DNA from: Mugil cephalus
Taxonomy: Eukaryota
DNA length: 64,000 nucleotides
Direction: 5' to 3'
Assembly: GCF_022458985.1 (NCBI RefSeq)
Contig: NC_061789.1
Coordinates: 11,543,707-11,607,706, forward strand
The notes under the pieces are model-generated. The model had not been told where the DNA came from. It worked only from the letters and a program-made list of their open reading frames with translations, and did not search any database. Position numbers and translations under genes: made by a program. Within the stretch, counting starts at the first letter, position 1. Every line of letters begins with the position of its first letter. Positions 52,876 through 64,000 of the stretch are shown in pieces.

Positions 52876-54129
52876 GGCACCGCTTGTATCCCTGTAATTC
52901 TAGCTTATCTTTTCCCAGTGGGAGGAAGCGCGAACATGCCATCCATTGTTTCTACAGTCTCTGATCTATATGTGCAGAAACATACTTGTAAATGCACCAG
53001 AAATCAGTGCTGCCATACTCACCATTAGCATCGGCTCTAGAGTGTCATTGTTGAGTTACTGCCTGAAACAACAGATGAGGACACAACAATGACTCCCAGG
53101 TAATGACAACCATCATTACTGTAATTACCATGACAGTAGAGAGCCAGCACATGTTATTTGTGGATGTGATCTAGTGCGTAGTGGTTGTTCTGCAGTGGTA
53201 GGTTAGTCAAGTTTGTCAAAGCGTTAATTTCATTAGATCTCTGTTTATAGATTTCAAATGCTCCTGACTGAAGTGTCATTTCCAAAAAGGCCTCATGACA
53301 GTAAATAAATATAACATTTAGGCGTCCTGCTGTCCCACTCACATTTTAACATTCTGGTGGACTCCCCCCATAGATGGAGACAACAACTCCGCGGACTGTG
53401 AACATTTTTGCAAGTGAAACTTTGCTGATGCTCAGCATCCACAACCTTTAGAGATCTGGTTCAGCCCAGGCCCAAATAAGTCAGAGATGATTTTGGACTA
53501 CATTCTGTCCATTTGTTTGGGCCCCTGATTTCCTGCGGGCAGCAGCACTTTGTTTTCTGATTTGTGAGAAGCTCAAACTAGTTAGGTGACATGTTTAAGG
53601 GGAGGGACCTACAGACACTTTATAACATAAAGATGGGATGAAATACTCTTCCACTACAAGACTTTAACACTGTCAAGACCTCAAAGACCAACTGCTTCTA
53701 CAAGACATAACAATGGCCAGCAAACTTGCAAATACTAGTAAGTATAATTTATATACAGTAATCTCAGTCAGGCTGTAAATTAACCAACAGAGCAACAACT
53801 TGTCTTCTTCTGAGTACCACTGTTCAATATCTCATTAACATTTGTGCTACCTTAATGAAAAAAAAGCAAAGAATTATTTCAACTTTCACATTAAACCTGC
53901 AATTATACATATTACTGACTGATCAGTCACCTGACTCAACTATTTGAATCGATTCTTTCTAATTTTACAGTTTGCACACACACTAATTTGTTATATCAGT
54001 CTTAACTCATCTTTCAGCATCTTTCAAATTTCTCATATAATGTCTTATATTGACACATGTTGCTGATTTAGCTGAATTTGATTACTTATTACAGAAGGAA
54101 TTGTATTTAAATTTCAATATTACATGTGA

Positions 54130-55010
54130 AGTCAGTATTCAGTGCAGATTATTCCTAACCCTAACACAGACTACACTGCAAGCTTTATTGATGGCTGAAT
54201 GGTTATTTTTGGTCAGTGTCATTTATTTAATCAACTGCTGTTCATTGCTGTAAAGTAGAAGATGATAAAACATTTTTCTGTCCAAGAGAATGATTTCACT
54301 GATGTTTATATGAATTATTTGTTGCCAATTTAACTGAGAAAGTCAAAATAGTTTCAAAAGTCTGGATCAAATACACTTCAGATAATAGTTGTTAGTTTTA
54401 GTTAATAAAATGTTGATCTATGTTGAAGTAATTGACAGTTGCCATTGCCAACCGCTCCATGATGCTGGGCTGAATGCACATGCGCACTGCACTCTTCGAT
54501 TTGTATTGACAGTGGGATAGTCTGTTTGAAGCTTACAAAATGAGTTTCTTTTTTGCTAAAATAAACTTTTATTTTGTGAGATTGTATGTGAATAAATGAA
54601 TTAACCAGCTGACTAAAACAACACCCCAACGTTAACTCCAAAGGGGAAAGTCTGCAATCAGTAGTTAACAATCCATAAGAGTTAACACAACCAAGAGTGG
54701 GTCAAGCAGAAGCAGGGTAATGTGACTCAGACAGTGCTACACGGACTCTGGCTCCAGACTCGCAACATGTCGTAACAGTCAGTATTCAGTGCAGATTATT
54801 CCTAACTCTAATACAGACCACTGCAAGCCTCTATCATGTAACAGCTGCACTTTACATACTTTACTGATGACTGAATGATTATTTTTGATCAGTGCCATTT
54901 ATTTAATCAACTGCTGTTCATTGCTTTAAAGTAGAAGATTATAAAGCTCTATCGTTGCCCATTTAACTCATGAAGTCAAAATGGTTTCAAATGTGTGGAT
55001 TTCCTACAGT
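54130..55010. repeat. Tandemly duplicated ~650 bp unit upstream of the GIMAP-like gene (54130-54400 / 54405-54780 / 54780-55010)
   Basis: The block gtcagtattcagtgcagattattcctaac(c/t)ctaa(c/t)acaga…tgaatg(g/a)ttatttttg(g/a)tcagtg(t/c)catttatttaatcaactgctgttcattgct occurs twice. Between the copies lies a paralog of 52560-52875. Confidence 0.65.
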
Positions 55011-55543
55011 AATTTAATTTGTGTTTAACTCAGGACACATGCATGCTGCAGCGTAATCAGAATATTAATGAGACTTTCCAATGTCATTATACACTATCTA
55101 CATGTCTGAACTGATTTTGACCTTTAAAAGGTGAAGGCATAGAGAGAGCTGCATCGTCAGCGTATAGAAAGATTTGCATGAACAAGTGTGTAGAATAGAA
55201 TAGAATATTAATTTAGCATAACTTTCCAGAAAAAAATACAGAAGAAATCAATGATTCACTGAAAAGATATAGGGCTCAGTATATCTACAGAGAATTGGAG
55301 GATTTATCAGCATGAATCAGTGAGCCAGGGGTTCTTTGGAGGAGTTTCAGGCAATAACACTGATTACACCCACAGCCAGTGGTGGTCGATTGTTCTCTGT
55401 TGACTATTTACACCACACCAGTTACACCAACTGCACAGCAAACTGAGAGTGTTGAGAGATTAAAACAAATCTGGTTATGAATGATAAAGAGAGTGTGCTG
55501 CCAGACTTAATATTAACAATGTCTGTTTGAACCTCTCCTGCAG

Positions 55544-56223
55544 AGGAGCTGAGGATTGTGGTCATGGGAAAGGCCGGAGCTAGGAAGACTTTACTCATCA
55601 ACACCATCCTTGGGAAGGAGAGTACAGCGGAGTACTGTGGTTTAGAGTGCAAGGTGACCCAAGGAGTGTATGAGAAGGAGCCAGTGGTTTTCATCGATAC
55701 TCCTGGTCTTCTCCGCACCGACTTAACTGAAGAGAAGTTAACAGAGGAGCTCCTGAAGTGCATCCTACATGCTGCTCCTGGTCCTCACGTGTTCCTGTAT
55801 GTGAAGGAGAATGAGACTTTTACTGGAGAGGAAAAGCGCGCTGTGAAAGACCTTAAAGGGATTTTTAAAAATTCAAAGGCGTTCATCTTGGGTGTTGTCA
55901 TGAGTGGTGAAGTCATATCTGATAGGGATCATGATGAAATACGGAGCTTTATGGGAGAATTCAGTGGATACGTTACTTTCAACACAGAAGAGCCCAACGT
56001 GTCCGAGCTAATGAACAAAATCAAGGAGATGGCTGAGAAACAGGGACATTACACCAATGAACTGTATGAAAAGGCCAGAAAACTGGACAAAAAAGCAGAA
56101 TTCATCGAAGCCTTTGCTAATAAAATTATCTCATTTTGTGGTCTTGAAGGCTTCAATGATTTGAATAAAGTTCTTGATGCGTATGCAAAGTTTTGTGCCG
56201 AGATGATTCGTGTTTCCCAATGA
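55544..56223 (+). CDS. GIMAP/IAN-like immune-associated GTPase, main AIG1-domain exon (…EELRIVVMGKAGARKTLLINTILGKE…FIDTPGLL…PGPHVFLYV…)
   Basis: Acceptor tctcctgcag|AGGAGCTG, stop at 56221-56223. P-loop-like GKxGxxKT, DTPG (G3) and the GIMAP-typical PGPHxxLLV motif. No in-frame ATG upstream in the exon, so the start is in an unlocated 5' exon. Confidence 0.7.
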
Positions 56224-57759
56224 TACGGTGCAAAATGTGTCATAATGTGAATTTTCCACAATCAACAGAAGATTCACCAATATATAATAGACTAATTTGA
56301 AATCTGTGATCCAAAGCCTCCAGTCTAGGAACTGGATTTGGAGAAAGAAATGACACTTTCAGAAAGTTTCAGGTTGGTGCCACTCTACATCTACTCAGGT
56401 ACTTTTTCACTGCAATACGAATGAGTTTTTAATCTACCACTGCTGGAGTTTGAGGAAAATTCAAATGTTTATGTTCAAATGATTTCATGCTTTAGTAACA
56501 ACACAATATTCATGTTAATTTTGAAGGAAAACTGAGTGTGAAACGAAATCACAGCTTCGAATAAAATATGTTTCAAATCAAACGGTATAATTTTTGTGTT
56601 CCTGGTCAGCTATGTTATCTGTGGTTCACAAATAGTGATTTATTGACAACTGAATTTCATAAATGTGCTGGACTGGTACAAAAACCTGAGGAGTCCAACT
56701 CATTTCAACTGTATGAAACAACAGCAGCGTCTTCAGCGCCCCACATTAAAACCGACCAGCTACCTACACAGGCCTGTAAGGTCCACTTATGCAGGAATCA
56801 GGATGGTGGGCAGCAAAAAAAATGGAAATAATCCTTAATAACTATCATTTAAGCAGTTTCTGTTCAGGAGCTCGTGGGTCCATCAATATGTTGTGGTTAA
56901 GGAATACAATAAATCTGAAGGATGCACATGTACCTTAGTAGTTACAGTTATAAGGTTAGTAGTAAGAATTTAGGGTGGCACAGGATTTTCAAAACATGCA
57001 ACTTTTCTCGTCCTACTGTCACAGTTAAGTGGGGGCGAACCCAAGGGGAGTCTTGCAATTAAATATAAGATCCTTGTCTTCAAGATGAGATAAAACAATC
57101 CTTTATTTATTTCACAGTGGGGAAATTTCCAGTACTGCAGCAAGATAGAGTTTAAAGGACAGTGCAAATAAGTGACAGCCCTCTTCCCCAGTCTTTTCAG
57201 TCTCTTTTTGTCTGCCAGATGCTGCTGCTCCAGCAGACTACTACTACTAAGAGTCATAGAGGGACCCCTGTAGTGTTCCCTGCACTTTGAAGGAACTAGG
57301 TTTCCTTAACAGTTAGAGTCTGCTCTGGCCTTTCGTTTTAAGTGCCCTAGCATACTCAGACCAGTCCAGTTTTTTGTTCAGGTATGTAATTCTCTGGATG
57401 TTCACTGGTGTGTATGGTGTGTTAGTGTTTGTGCAGAAATCCACTACCAGCTCCATGGTTTTAGCCACACTCACCTGGGGGCAGTTCAGAGTCCTCTGTT
57501 TTCTCCTCTATATTCTCTGAAAGCCTTTCAGAAGTCTGCACTTTAGAGGGAGAAGAAGAAGGGAGCTAGGACCGTTCTCTGAGGGGCTCTTATGCTGCAA
57601 ATGATCACATCAGACACACAGTCCTGTGTCCTCACATACTGTGGTCTATTGTTCAGGTAGTCCAGTAGCCAGTAGTCAGTGCTCCCAGCCTTCTCAAGGT
57701 GAGAGAGAGCTCTTCCCAGGAGGTAGATGATGGCATCATCTACTCAGATTCTGAACTGA

Positions 57760-58270
57760 CAGTAGAATGCTGTCTATACTGTCTTTTATGCACATCAACA
57801 CAAGTGACAGACTAGCTTCTGGCAAGGAAAGCCACTGGTCCAGACGGCATGTGCTGGATCAACTGCAGTTTGCATATAAACCGAGTATTGGGGTGGATGA
57901 TGCTGTCTACCTGCTACGCAGTGTCATGTTTTTTGGTGTTTGCAGCACCTTTAAAATGATACAACCCTTCCTTCTCAATGGAAACCTAGAGGTAGCAGCG
58001 GTAGACAGCAAGTTGACTGCATGGACCATCGGCTACCACACAAACAGACCACAGTATGTGAGCTACTCTACAGTACAGGTTTTCGACAATGGACAAACGT
58101 GCCTGAAGATCCAGGCTCTCAACCAGCTGCTGCCAGATCACCAGGAAGTGCAGATGCAGTCCTTCAGCAGTTGGATACGCTCTGCAAATGAACCAACAGC
58201 TTGGAAGACAAACCAAGATTTGTGTGTCCAAGCGTTTCTTCAGCAAGAAAATAATGCATCCTGATCTGCA
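57760..58270 (+). mobile_element. Degenerate LINE/retroelement reverse-transcriptase fragment
   Basis: 165-aa ORF containing LDQLQFAYKPSIGVDDAVYLLRSV, similar to RT LDPLQFAYRPxRGVEDA, followed by a divergent RT-like segment. No complete domain. Confidence 0.5.
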
Positions 58271-58329
58271 TTTGTGGGGAAAACCTCAGAATGACATCAC
58301 AGGAGCTCCAACTGCAGTGGTCAAACCAA

Positions 58330-58890
58330 ACTGGTGTCCAGACTTTTAGATCATAGCTTAAGGTCATACAAGGCTGTCAAGAAGCCCCTGATCAATAAGA
58401 GACAGAGGTTAGCTCGGCGTTGTTGGGCCCAAGCACATAAGAACTGGACAGTCAGGAACTGGAAGAAGACTCTGTGGTCAGATGAGTCCAGTTTCCAGCT
58501 TCATCTTCCTCCTAACTAATGTGAGGGTACGCAGAAGGCCAGGCGAAGCATTATCTCCAGCGTGTACAGTACCTACTGTCAAAAATGGTGGAGACAGTAT
58601 CATGGTTTGGGGATGCATGAGTGGTGCTGGTGTTGGTCATCTCACTGTCTGTGATGGCACATAGAGCTCTGACAAATATTGTGCCATTCTCTAAACACAC
58701 ATGCTCCCTTCTGCACGTGCACTGTCCCTCTGAGGTCAAAACTGGATGTTTCAACAAGATAATGTCCCTTGCCACTTCCTCAGAGATTTTTCTCTATATT
58801 GACATGATAGCATCAGGCAGTTGCTGTGAATCTGTCGGCTCCACATCTATGATGCAAATCTCCCATTCCACCACAGCCTAAAGCTGCTCT
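58330..58890 (+). mobile_element. Tc1-like DNA transposon fragment (transposase middle to C-terminal part, frameshifted)
   Basis: Translations give KPLINKRQRLARRCWAQAHKNWTVRNWKKTLWSDESSFQL, RVRRRPGEALSPACTVPTVKNGGDSIMVWGCMSGAGVGHL and FQQDNVPCHF (DDE region). There are several frameshifts and stops. Confidence 0.8.
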
Positions 58891-58899
58891 TTTGGATTG

Positions 58900-59560
58900 A
58901 AATTAGGTGACTGGAGGCCATTGGAGTACAATGAACTCATTGTAATGCTCCAGAAACCAGTTTGAGATGATATGAGCTTTGTGACATGGTGCATTATCCT
59001 GCTGGAAGTAGCCGTCAGAAGATGGGTACACTGTGGTCATAAAGAGATGGACATGGTCAGCAACAATACTCAGGTAGACTTTGGGCACCAAGGGGCCCAA
59101 AGTGTGCCAAAAAAACACAGATGATACAAGGCAGGATGGATTCATGCTTTTATGCTGTTTACGCCAAATTCTGATCCTGCCATCCAAATGTCACAGCTGA
59201 AAGCGAGACTTGTCCGACCAGGCAACGTTTTTCCAATCTTATATTGTCCAGATTTGTTGAGCCTGTGTGAACTGTAGTCTCAGTTTCCTTTTCTTAGCTG
59301 ACACCCGGTGTGGTCTTCTGCTGCTGTAGCCCATCTTCTTCAAGGTTCGATGTGTTGTGCGTTCAGAGATGGTATTCTGCGTTCCTTGGTTGTAATGAGT
59401 GGCTGTTTGAGTTACTGTTGTCTTTCTATCATCTCCAACCAGTCTGACCTCTGAAAATCCCAGTAGATCAGCAGTTTCTGAAATACTCACACCAGCCCAT
59501 GTGGCACCAACAACCATCCCACATTCAAAGTCACTTTAATCCCCTTTCAGTAGTTGTTTT
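58900..59560 (-). mobile_element. Tc1-like DNA transposon fragment (transposase N-terminal HTH and DDE parts)
   Basis: Minus-strand ORFs give the HTH part (…RRPHRVSAKKRKLRLQFTQAQQIWT) and DGRIRIWRKQHKSMNPSCL…FQQDNAPCHKAHIISNWFLEHYNEFIVLQWPP. It is 3'-truncated where it meets the plus-strand copy. Confidence 0.8.
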
Positions 59561-59569
59561 GCCTCACAG

Positions 59570-60060
59570 TGTAAATGTGTATCTAACTGTAGTTTTGTGT
59601 GTCCTTGCAGTAGGTTGTGTGACTTTGTAGTAGTAAGTCTTTTTGTAGTTAGTATGTCTCACTTTGTATCCATTGTGTGTCTTTGTGGTTGTTTTCGGTC
59701 TCATTGTAGTTATGGTTTTGTGTTACATTGTAGCTCTTTCGTGCATCTTCGTAGTTGTTTTTGTCATTAGGTATTTTGTTTCATCAGTTGTCGCACTGTA
59801 GTCATTTCGGGGGTTTTGCGTCTTTTTATAATGGTTTTGTTTGTCTTTGTTGCTTCTCTGTCTCATTGCAGCGGGTTTGTGCCCTTTGTAGTTGTTGCAT
59901 CTCTTTGTGGTTGTTTTCGGACAAATTGTAGTTATCTTAAGGCCCTTTTGTAGAGTTTTTAGACTTGCTTTTGTCACTTTGTAGTTTATCGTAGTTACCT
60001 CACTGTAGAGGCTTTGAGTTATTTTGTAGTTTTTCGCCTCCCTGTGTAAATTTCCATCTC
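59570..60060. repeat. Minisatellite (~20 bp unit ctttgtagttgttttcggtctca-like), inverse-orientation relative of the 48.3 kb array
   Basis: Tandem units with the recurring motifs ttgtagtt, tttgtggttgttttcgg and cattgtag. Lies immediately beside the Tc1-like fragment. Confidence 0.75.
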
Positions 60061-60169
60061 ACTGTATTCGTTGTGTCTCTTTGTAATTTTAAAAAAAATC
60101 TTTTAATAGTTTTGTATATATTACAAGATTACATGGTGATTTCTTCATGTATTTGTATATATATTCATT

Positions 60170-60175
60170 TTTATG

Positions 60176-60211
<36 letters not shown>

Positions 60212-60215
60212 TATT
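60170..60215. repeat. (TA)n microsatellite
   Basis: atatatatatatgtatatatatatatatatat. Confidence 0.9.
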
Positions 60216-60461
60216 TTTATTTTTTTCATGAAGTGAACTTAAGTGACAGTCTCTGATTAGTGAAGGAGAGGTAGACTTGAGAAAATGTACTGCTCAACCT
60301 CCTTATTTGTTGCTTTGAGCCAGACTTCTGACTGGTCAGGTGGTGTGTTGTATGGGATGGACCTACTGGCAGCCTATAATGTAATGATGAGATGGAAATA
60401 GTCAGAAGAACACCTGGGCTGTAACAAGACCTCACAGAAATACTGCTTTTGAGAAACAAAG

Positions 60462-60489
60462 ATGTCAAGTGAAGAGCAATCACAGCTTA
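60462..60489 (+). CDS. GIMAP-like gene B, tentative exon 1 (MSSEEQSQL + 1 nt)
   Basis: ATG followed by donor ctta|gtgagt. Its phase (1 nt) exactly fits the acceptor of the 61020 exon. No homology support for so short a peptide. Confidence 0.35.
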
Positions 60490-61019
60490 GTGAGTATATC
60501 TTTGTAGTACTAAAGTGATAGTTTTGGTAATGTTTGGGTTAGTTTTATAAGCTAATAACTATTTCTTGAGACATAAACTAGCACCAGTTTGGATGAATTT
60601 GATTTTATATTGAAAGAAATCATGATGCAGCATGAATTATACACAAATCTGATGTTTTATATTGTTTTGAGTATATGCAGTAGGCAGTCTGTTTATCACT
60701 AAGTAGCATTTTAGAGAACATTTCAACAGTGGTCACTGCACTGTAGCTGTAAATCCTCAACTAATGAAACTATTAAGCTTACATACAAATGTTTTGGTAT
60801 GTTTTGCCCCCACTTGATTCATTATGACATTAAGTCATTATAATCAATCATCATCATATCAATCATTGAACTAATTAGCCATTTGAGATCAGTGAATGGA
60901 TGTTTGTCAGCAGTTTCAAACAGGCTTCATTGAGGCAGATTTATAGTGCTCTGTAGTCAGGGCTGATGACTAGAGTATATGAAGACATGGAGATCATAAC
61001 TGGGACATTTCTCCAACAG

Positions 61020-61879
61020 TTGAGCCACACCAGAAGGAGCTGAGGATCATCTTGGTTGGGAAGGTGGGAGCTGGGAAGACCTCTGCAGGAAACACCATCC
61101 TGAGTGGTTCACAGCCATTCCCAAAACCTACGTCCTCTTTTGGGCTCAACACAAAAAAGTGTCAAATGGAAACAGAGATTATTGGTGATAAAACAGTGAC
61201 CGTTGTTGACACCCCAGGCCTGTGCAGCATTGGGTCCCTGTCTGAGGAAGAGACAGTGAAAGAGCTGAAGGAGTCCGTCGAACTGGTCAAACCGGGTCCT
61301 CATGTGTTCCTGCTTGTGATGAGATATGGGAAAGTCTTCACAAAAGAGGAAGAAAAAACACTGGAGATTCTTCAGCGCACTTTTGGTAAAAATGTGATGG
61401 CCTACACTCTGATTTTGTTCACCCATAGACAGGATGTGGACAAAACGGCTGTCGATACATTCAGTAATGCTGATGGAAATACCAGCCTCAGAGACACAAT
61501 CATTCAGTGCCACTTTAATTACGCTGTTCTCAACATTAAAGGAATGAATGATACTCAAGTCCCTGAGCTGCTGGACAAGATCAGTGACATGGTGACAAAC
61601 TCTCAAGGAGGCTTCTACTCCATTCAGATGCTCCAAGAGGCTGAAAATTCAATGGAACAGCAGCAAGAGAAAGAAAATGAAGAACCAGAGGAATCAAAAG
61701 GCCAGTTACGGCTTCTGAAAATGAGCGGTTTAATTGGAGCAGCTGCTACATGTGCGGGGATGTACTTTTTTGGCCGTGGTCAACTGATGCCTTTGTCTAT
61801 TGTGGGTGGGGTACTGGCAATGACACTAGTATGTACGGGAGTAATTGCCAGAAACAAAATCAGGCGATGCTTCAAATAA
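61020..61879 (+). CDS. GIMAP/IAN-like immune-associated GTPase, main exon with C-terminal transmembrane anchor (…ELRIILVGKVGAGKTSAGNTIL…VVDTPGL…PGPHVFLLVM…LIGAAATCAGMYFFG…)
   Basis: Acceptor ttctccaacag|TT, stop TAA at 61877-61879. AIG1 GTPase motifs G1 GKVGAGKT, G3 DTPG and PGPHVFLLV, a coiled region, then a hydrophobic C-terminal segment as in GIMAP1/5-like proteins. Confidence 0.75.
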
Positions 61880-63700
61880 AAAGACCAAGTGTAAAATATT
61901 AAAGGCCATTCACACAAGTGTTTAGTTCAGTAGAGTAGAAGGCGAGAAGATGGTGGTGGAGGAAACTTGGAACAAATTATATGTAAATGATTCTTCTATT
62001 ATAGTGGGGTTTTTTGTTGTTGTTGTTGTTGTTTTTTGATTCTGATATTTTTTTGGACCAAATGCTGAATCAGTTAGTGAAACTTTTAAATAATTAAATC
62101 ATTAAAATCATAGTGGACTGCAGCTTTAATTCACTGGATTTACATTCTTTCATGCTGAGTCCCTTGTATGCAGCAAACAGTGGTGTAAAGAGCCTAAAGG
62201 AATCAGTCAGCTCTGGTGTTGAGTCATTGATCCTTGGCAATGAATGCATTTGGTCCGTTTGGTTTATTGCCTCTGTGATATTACGGCCACGGCACAATGC
62301 CTTTCCAAGCAACAGCCAAACCTTAGAATTGCCGTGTCCCTGGCAGAGATTAATAATTAAGCAGGAAATTCAGCAAAGAAAGAGCTTTACTGTAGTCCTT
62401 CACAGCTTTCATTTCTAATCCATGTCAACAGCCTTTAAACTTTGATCTTTAGTTTTTAAGTTTTTAAGTTTTTTTTTGCCTTTTTAATAGATAATTTCCT
62501 TTTTCATTCCTGAAGACAAATAATATGAGGACTTTCTACTTTCCTCACTTTTATTTACCTGTGAATCAAACTCACTGATCACACCACCGTTGTTTGAAGG
62601 TGTCGGTTTGGGCTCTGGGAAATCTGGGTCATTTTTCTTTTTGCACTGCAATATTTTCCCCTTACAAATATTTCTGAGATTCAAATGGCAGAATAAAGCA
62701 TTTCACTCCTTCCGTTTCAGACGCTGTTTGTGGTTCACGTCACCTCATTTCTCGCGGTTTCAGGAAAACCTACAGATGTGTCACCAATCAAATGAATAAA
62801 TCCCATGTGACGTTTGTGGAGAATGTCTGAGTCTTAACTTCAGTGCGGATCCTGCATGATTTTAATATTTTTCTTGAACCCCACAAGCTGCACTCACCCT
62901 TTGACAAAAACACAAACATTCACTCATTCATTCAGCAGGAAAAAGTCCCTCTGGTTGGTTGAGCAATGTTCGGGATGAAGCTCGGCTGCCCTCTGCTGCT
63001 CACAATGTAGTCACACTAAATTATTTGGGTTTGTAATTTAAGGATGAGTCTGAAGGCGAGCTGCGACGCCCCGTCCGTCCTTCATCTTCTAAGCGGCCAT
63101 CAAAATTGATCAAGTGTGTAACACTTGATCAGTCTAATGATCCATACGTTAATCTAACTTTGGTCCTGTGGAGAGGTCAACGTGGCGCTGCTGCCCTCCG
63201 TCCTCACAGTGATAATCATCATCTGGACGCTGTGGCTGCCCGGCAGAGTCGACCCAGCCAGCTCACACCTATCGGCGTCAAACTGGTGCAGCTGAACGTC
63301 GACGCAGTCCAGCCCCCACCTGCGGAGCAGCGCTTCGATCGACCAGTCGGCGCTGAAACACACGGAGAAGCTGTTAAAAACGCAGCAGCAACTGTTTGTC
63401 GGGGTGAACTTTCCGTCTGACCTCAGTTCCTGATGTGAGAAGGTGGGGTTTCGGAATGAATGGGTAGTTTTAGGAGAGCTGTGATGAGTTATCTGTTGCT
63501 CCCATGGGACCTTCACTGAAGATCTTTGTAAATGCTTTTGAAGGATTGGTTTGACAGTTCAGACCTTTTTGGGTTGCCACATGTTTTTTGGGGGGAAGTC
63601 CAAGTACGACACTTAATTTCAGGCACTTGCATATTTCATTTTTCATGGACTCTGTCTACCTGGGACTCTAATTTATTATTTATATCAACAGTTTAAACAG

Positions 63701-64000
63701 TACACCAATCAGGCATAACATTATGACCACACTCCTAATATTGCGTAGCTCTCACTTGTGCTTCCAAAACAGTTGTGACTCATCAGAAAATGGACATGGA
63801 CCTTCTGAGGGTGTCCAGTGGTGTCTGGTAACACAATAGTGGGGGCCTTTAGGTCTATGGGTTGAGGGGAGGGGTTTCTGTGGATCATCCCACATATACT
63901 TGATCAGTTTTGGGCTCTAGTGAATTTGGAGGCCAGGTCAACACCTTGTGCTGTTCTTCGTGTTTTTCGAGTTGTTCCTAAACCATTTTTGGGTGTGTGT
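63701..64000 (-). mobile_element. Tc1-like element 3' end with terminal inverted repeat (continues beyond window)
   Basis: TA|CACCAATCAGGCATAACATTATGACCAC terminus at 63701-63732. Downstream sequence translates on the minus strand to the transposase C-terminus (LTWPPNSLEPKTDQ, related to WPxxSPDLNPIE). Confidence 0.75.

Noticed and set aside
55422-55763. 113-aa ORF antisense to the GIMAP-like exon
   Set aside because: Antisense shadow ORF of a coding exon with no independent support.
61109-61636. 175-aa ORF antisense to GIMAP-like gene B
   Set aside because: Antisense shadow ORF inside a well-supported plus-strand coding exon.
1-64000. Prokaryotic defence or novel operon system, CRISPR array, rRNA or tRNA genes
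   Set aside because: The sequence is clearly vertebrate: GT-AG introns, vertebrate gene orthologs, Tc1 and LINE elements, microsatellites. There are no direct-repeat/spacer arrays, and no structural RNA genes apart from one weak SINE-like tRNA-derived fragment.

Overview
This window is vertebrate nuclear DNA, very probably from a percomorph-type teleost fish. It is spliced and intron-rich, with microsatellites, LINE and Tc1-like debris, and no operon-like organisation. Three gene regions can be reconstructed by eye from splice sites and homology; I found no prokaryotic defence system, CRISPR array, rRNA gene or tRNA gene.

- **caskin2 (minus strand, 1 to ~41.3 kb).** The Caskin2 ortholog (CASK-interacting ankyrin/SH3/SAM scaffold) covers most of the first 41 kb: 15 exons located, the last running off the window start, across a ~20 kb intron 1 and ~10 kb intron 2.
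- **st6galnac2 (minus strand, 44.7–49.2 kb).** An ST6GalNAc-II-type sialyltransferase is fully reconstructed as 9 exons.
- **GIMAP-like GTPases (plus strand, 50–64 kb).** The repeat-rich distal part carries two GIMAP/IAN-type immune GTPase genes: an AIG1-domain exon at 55.5–56.2 kb, and a two-exon gene at 60.46–61.88 kb with a C-terminal transmembrane anchor. They sit among convergent truncated Tc1-like transposase copies, LINE reverse-transcriptase fragments and locally duplicated blocks.

Other features worth a look:
- One Tc1-like family with terminal sequence CACCGATCAGGCATAACATTATGACCAC recurs at five or more places, including a ~310 bp MITE-like copy 55 bp from a caskin2 splice donor.
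- A ~20 bp-unit minisatellite family occurs twice in opposite orientations (48.3–48.6 kb and 59.6–60.1 kb).
- A TAGC-rich satellite, a 33 bp-unit minisatellite and a 45 bp-unit array lie in caskin2 introns.
- A cluster of CpG-dense blocks sits at 17–23 kb inside the large caskin2 introns.

Coordinates were derived by hand from splice consensus and reading frame; most exons passed a length/phase check but should be treated as ±2 nt.
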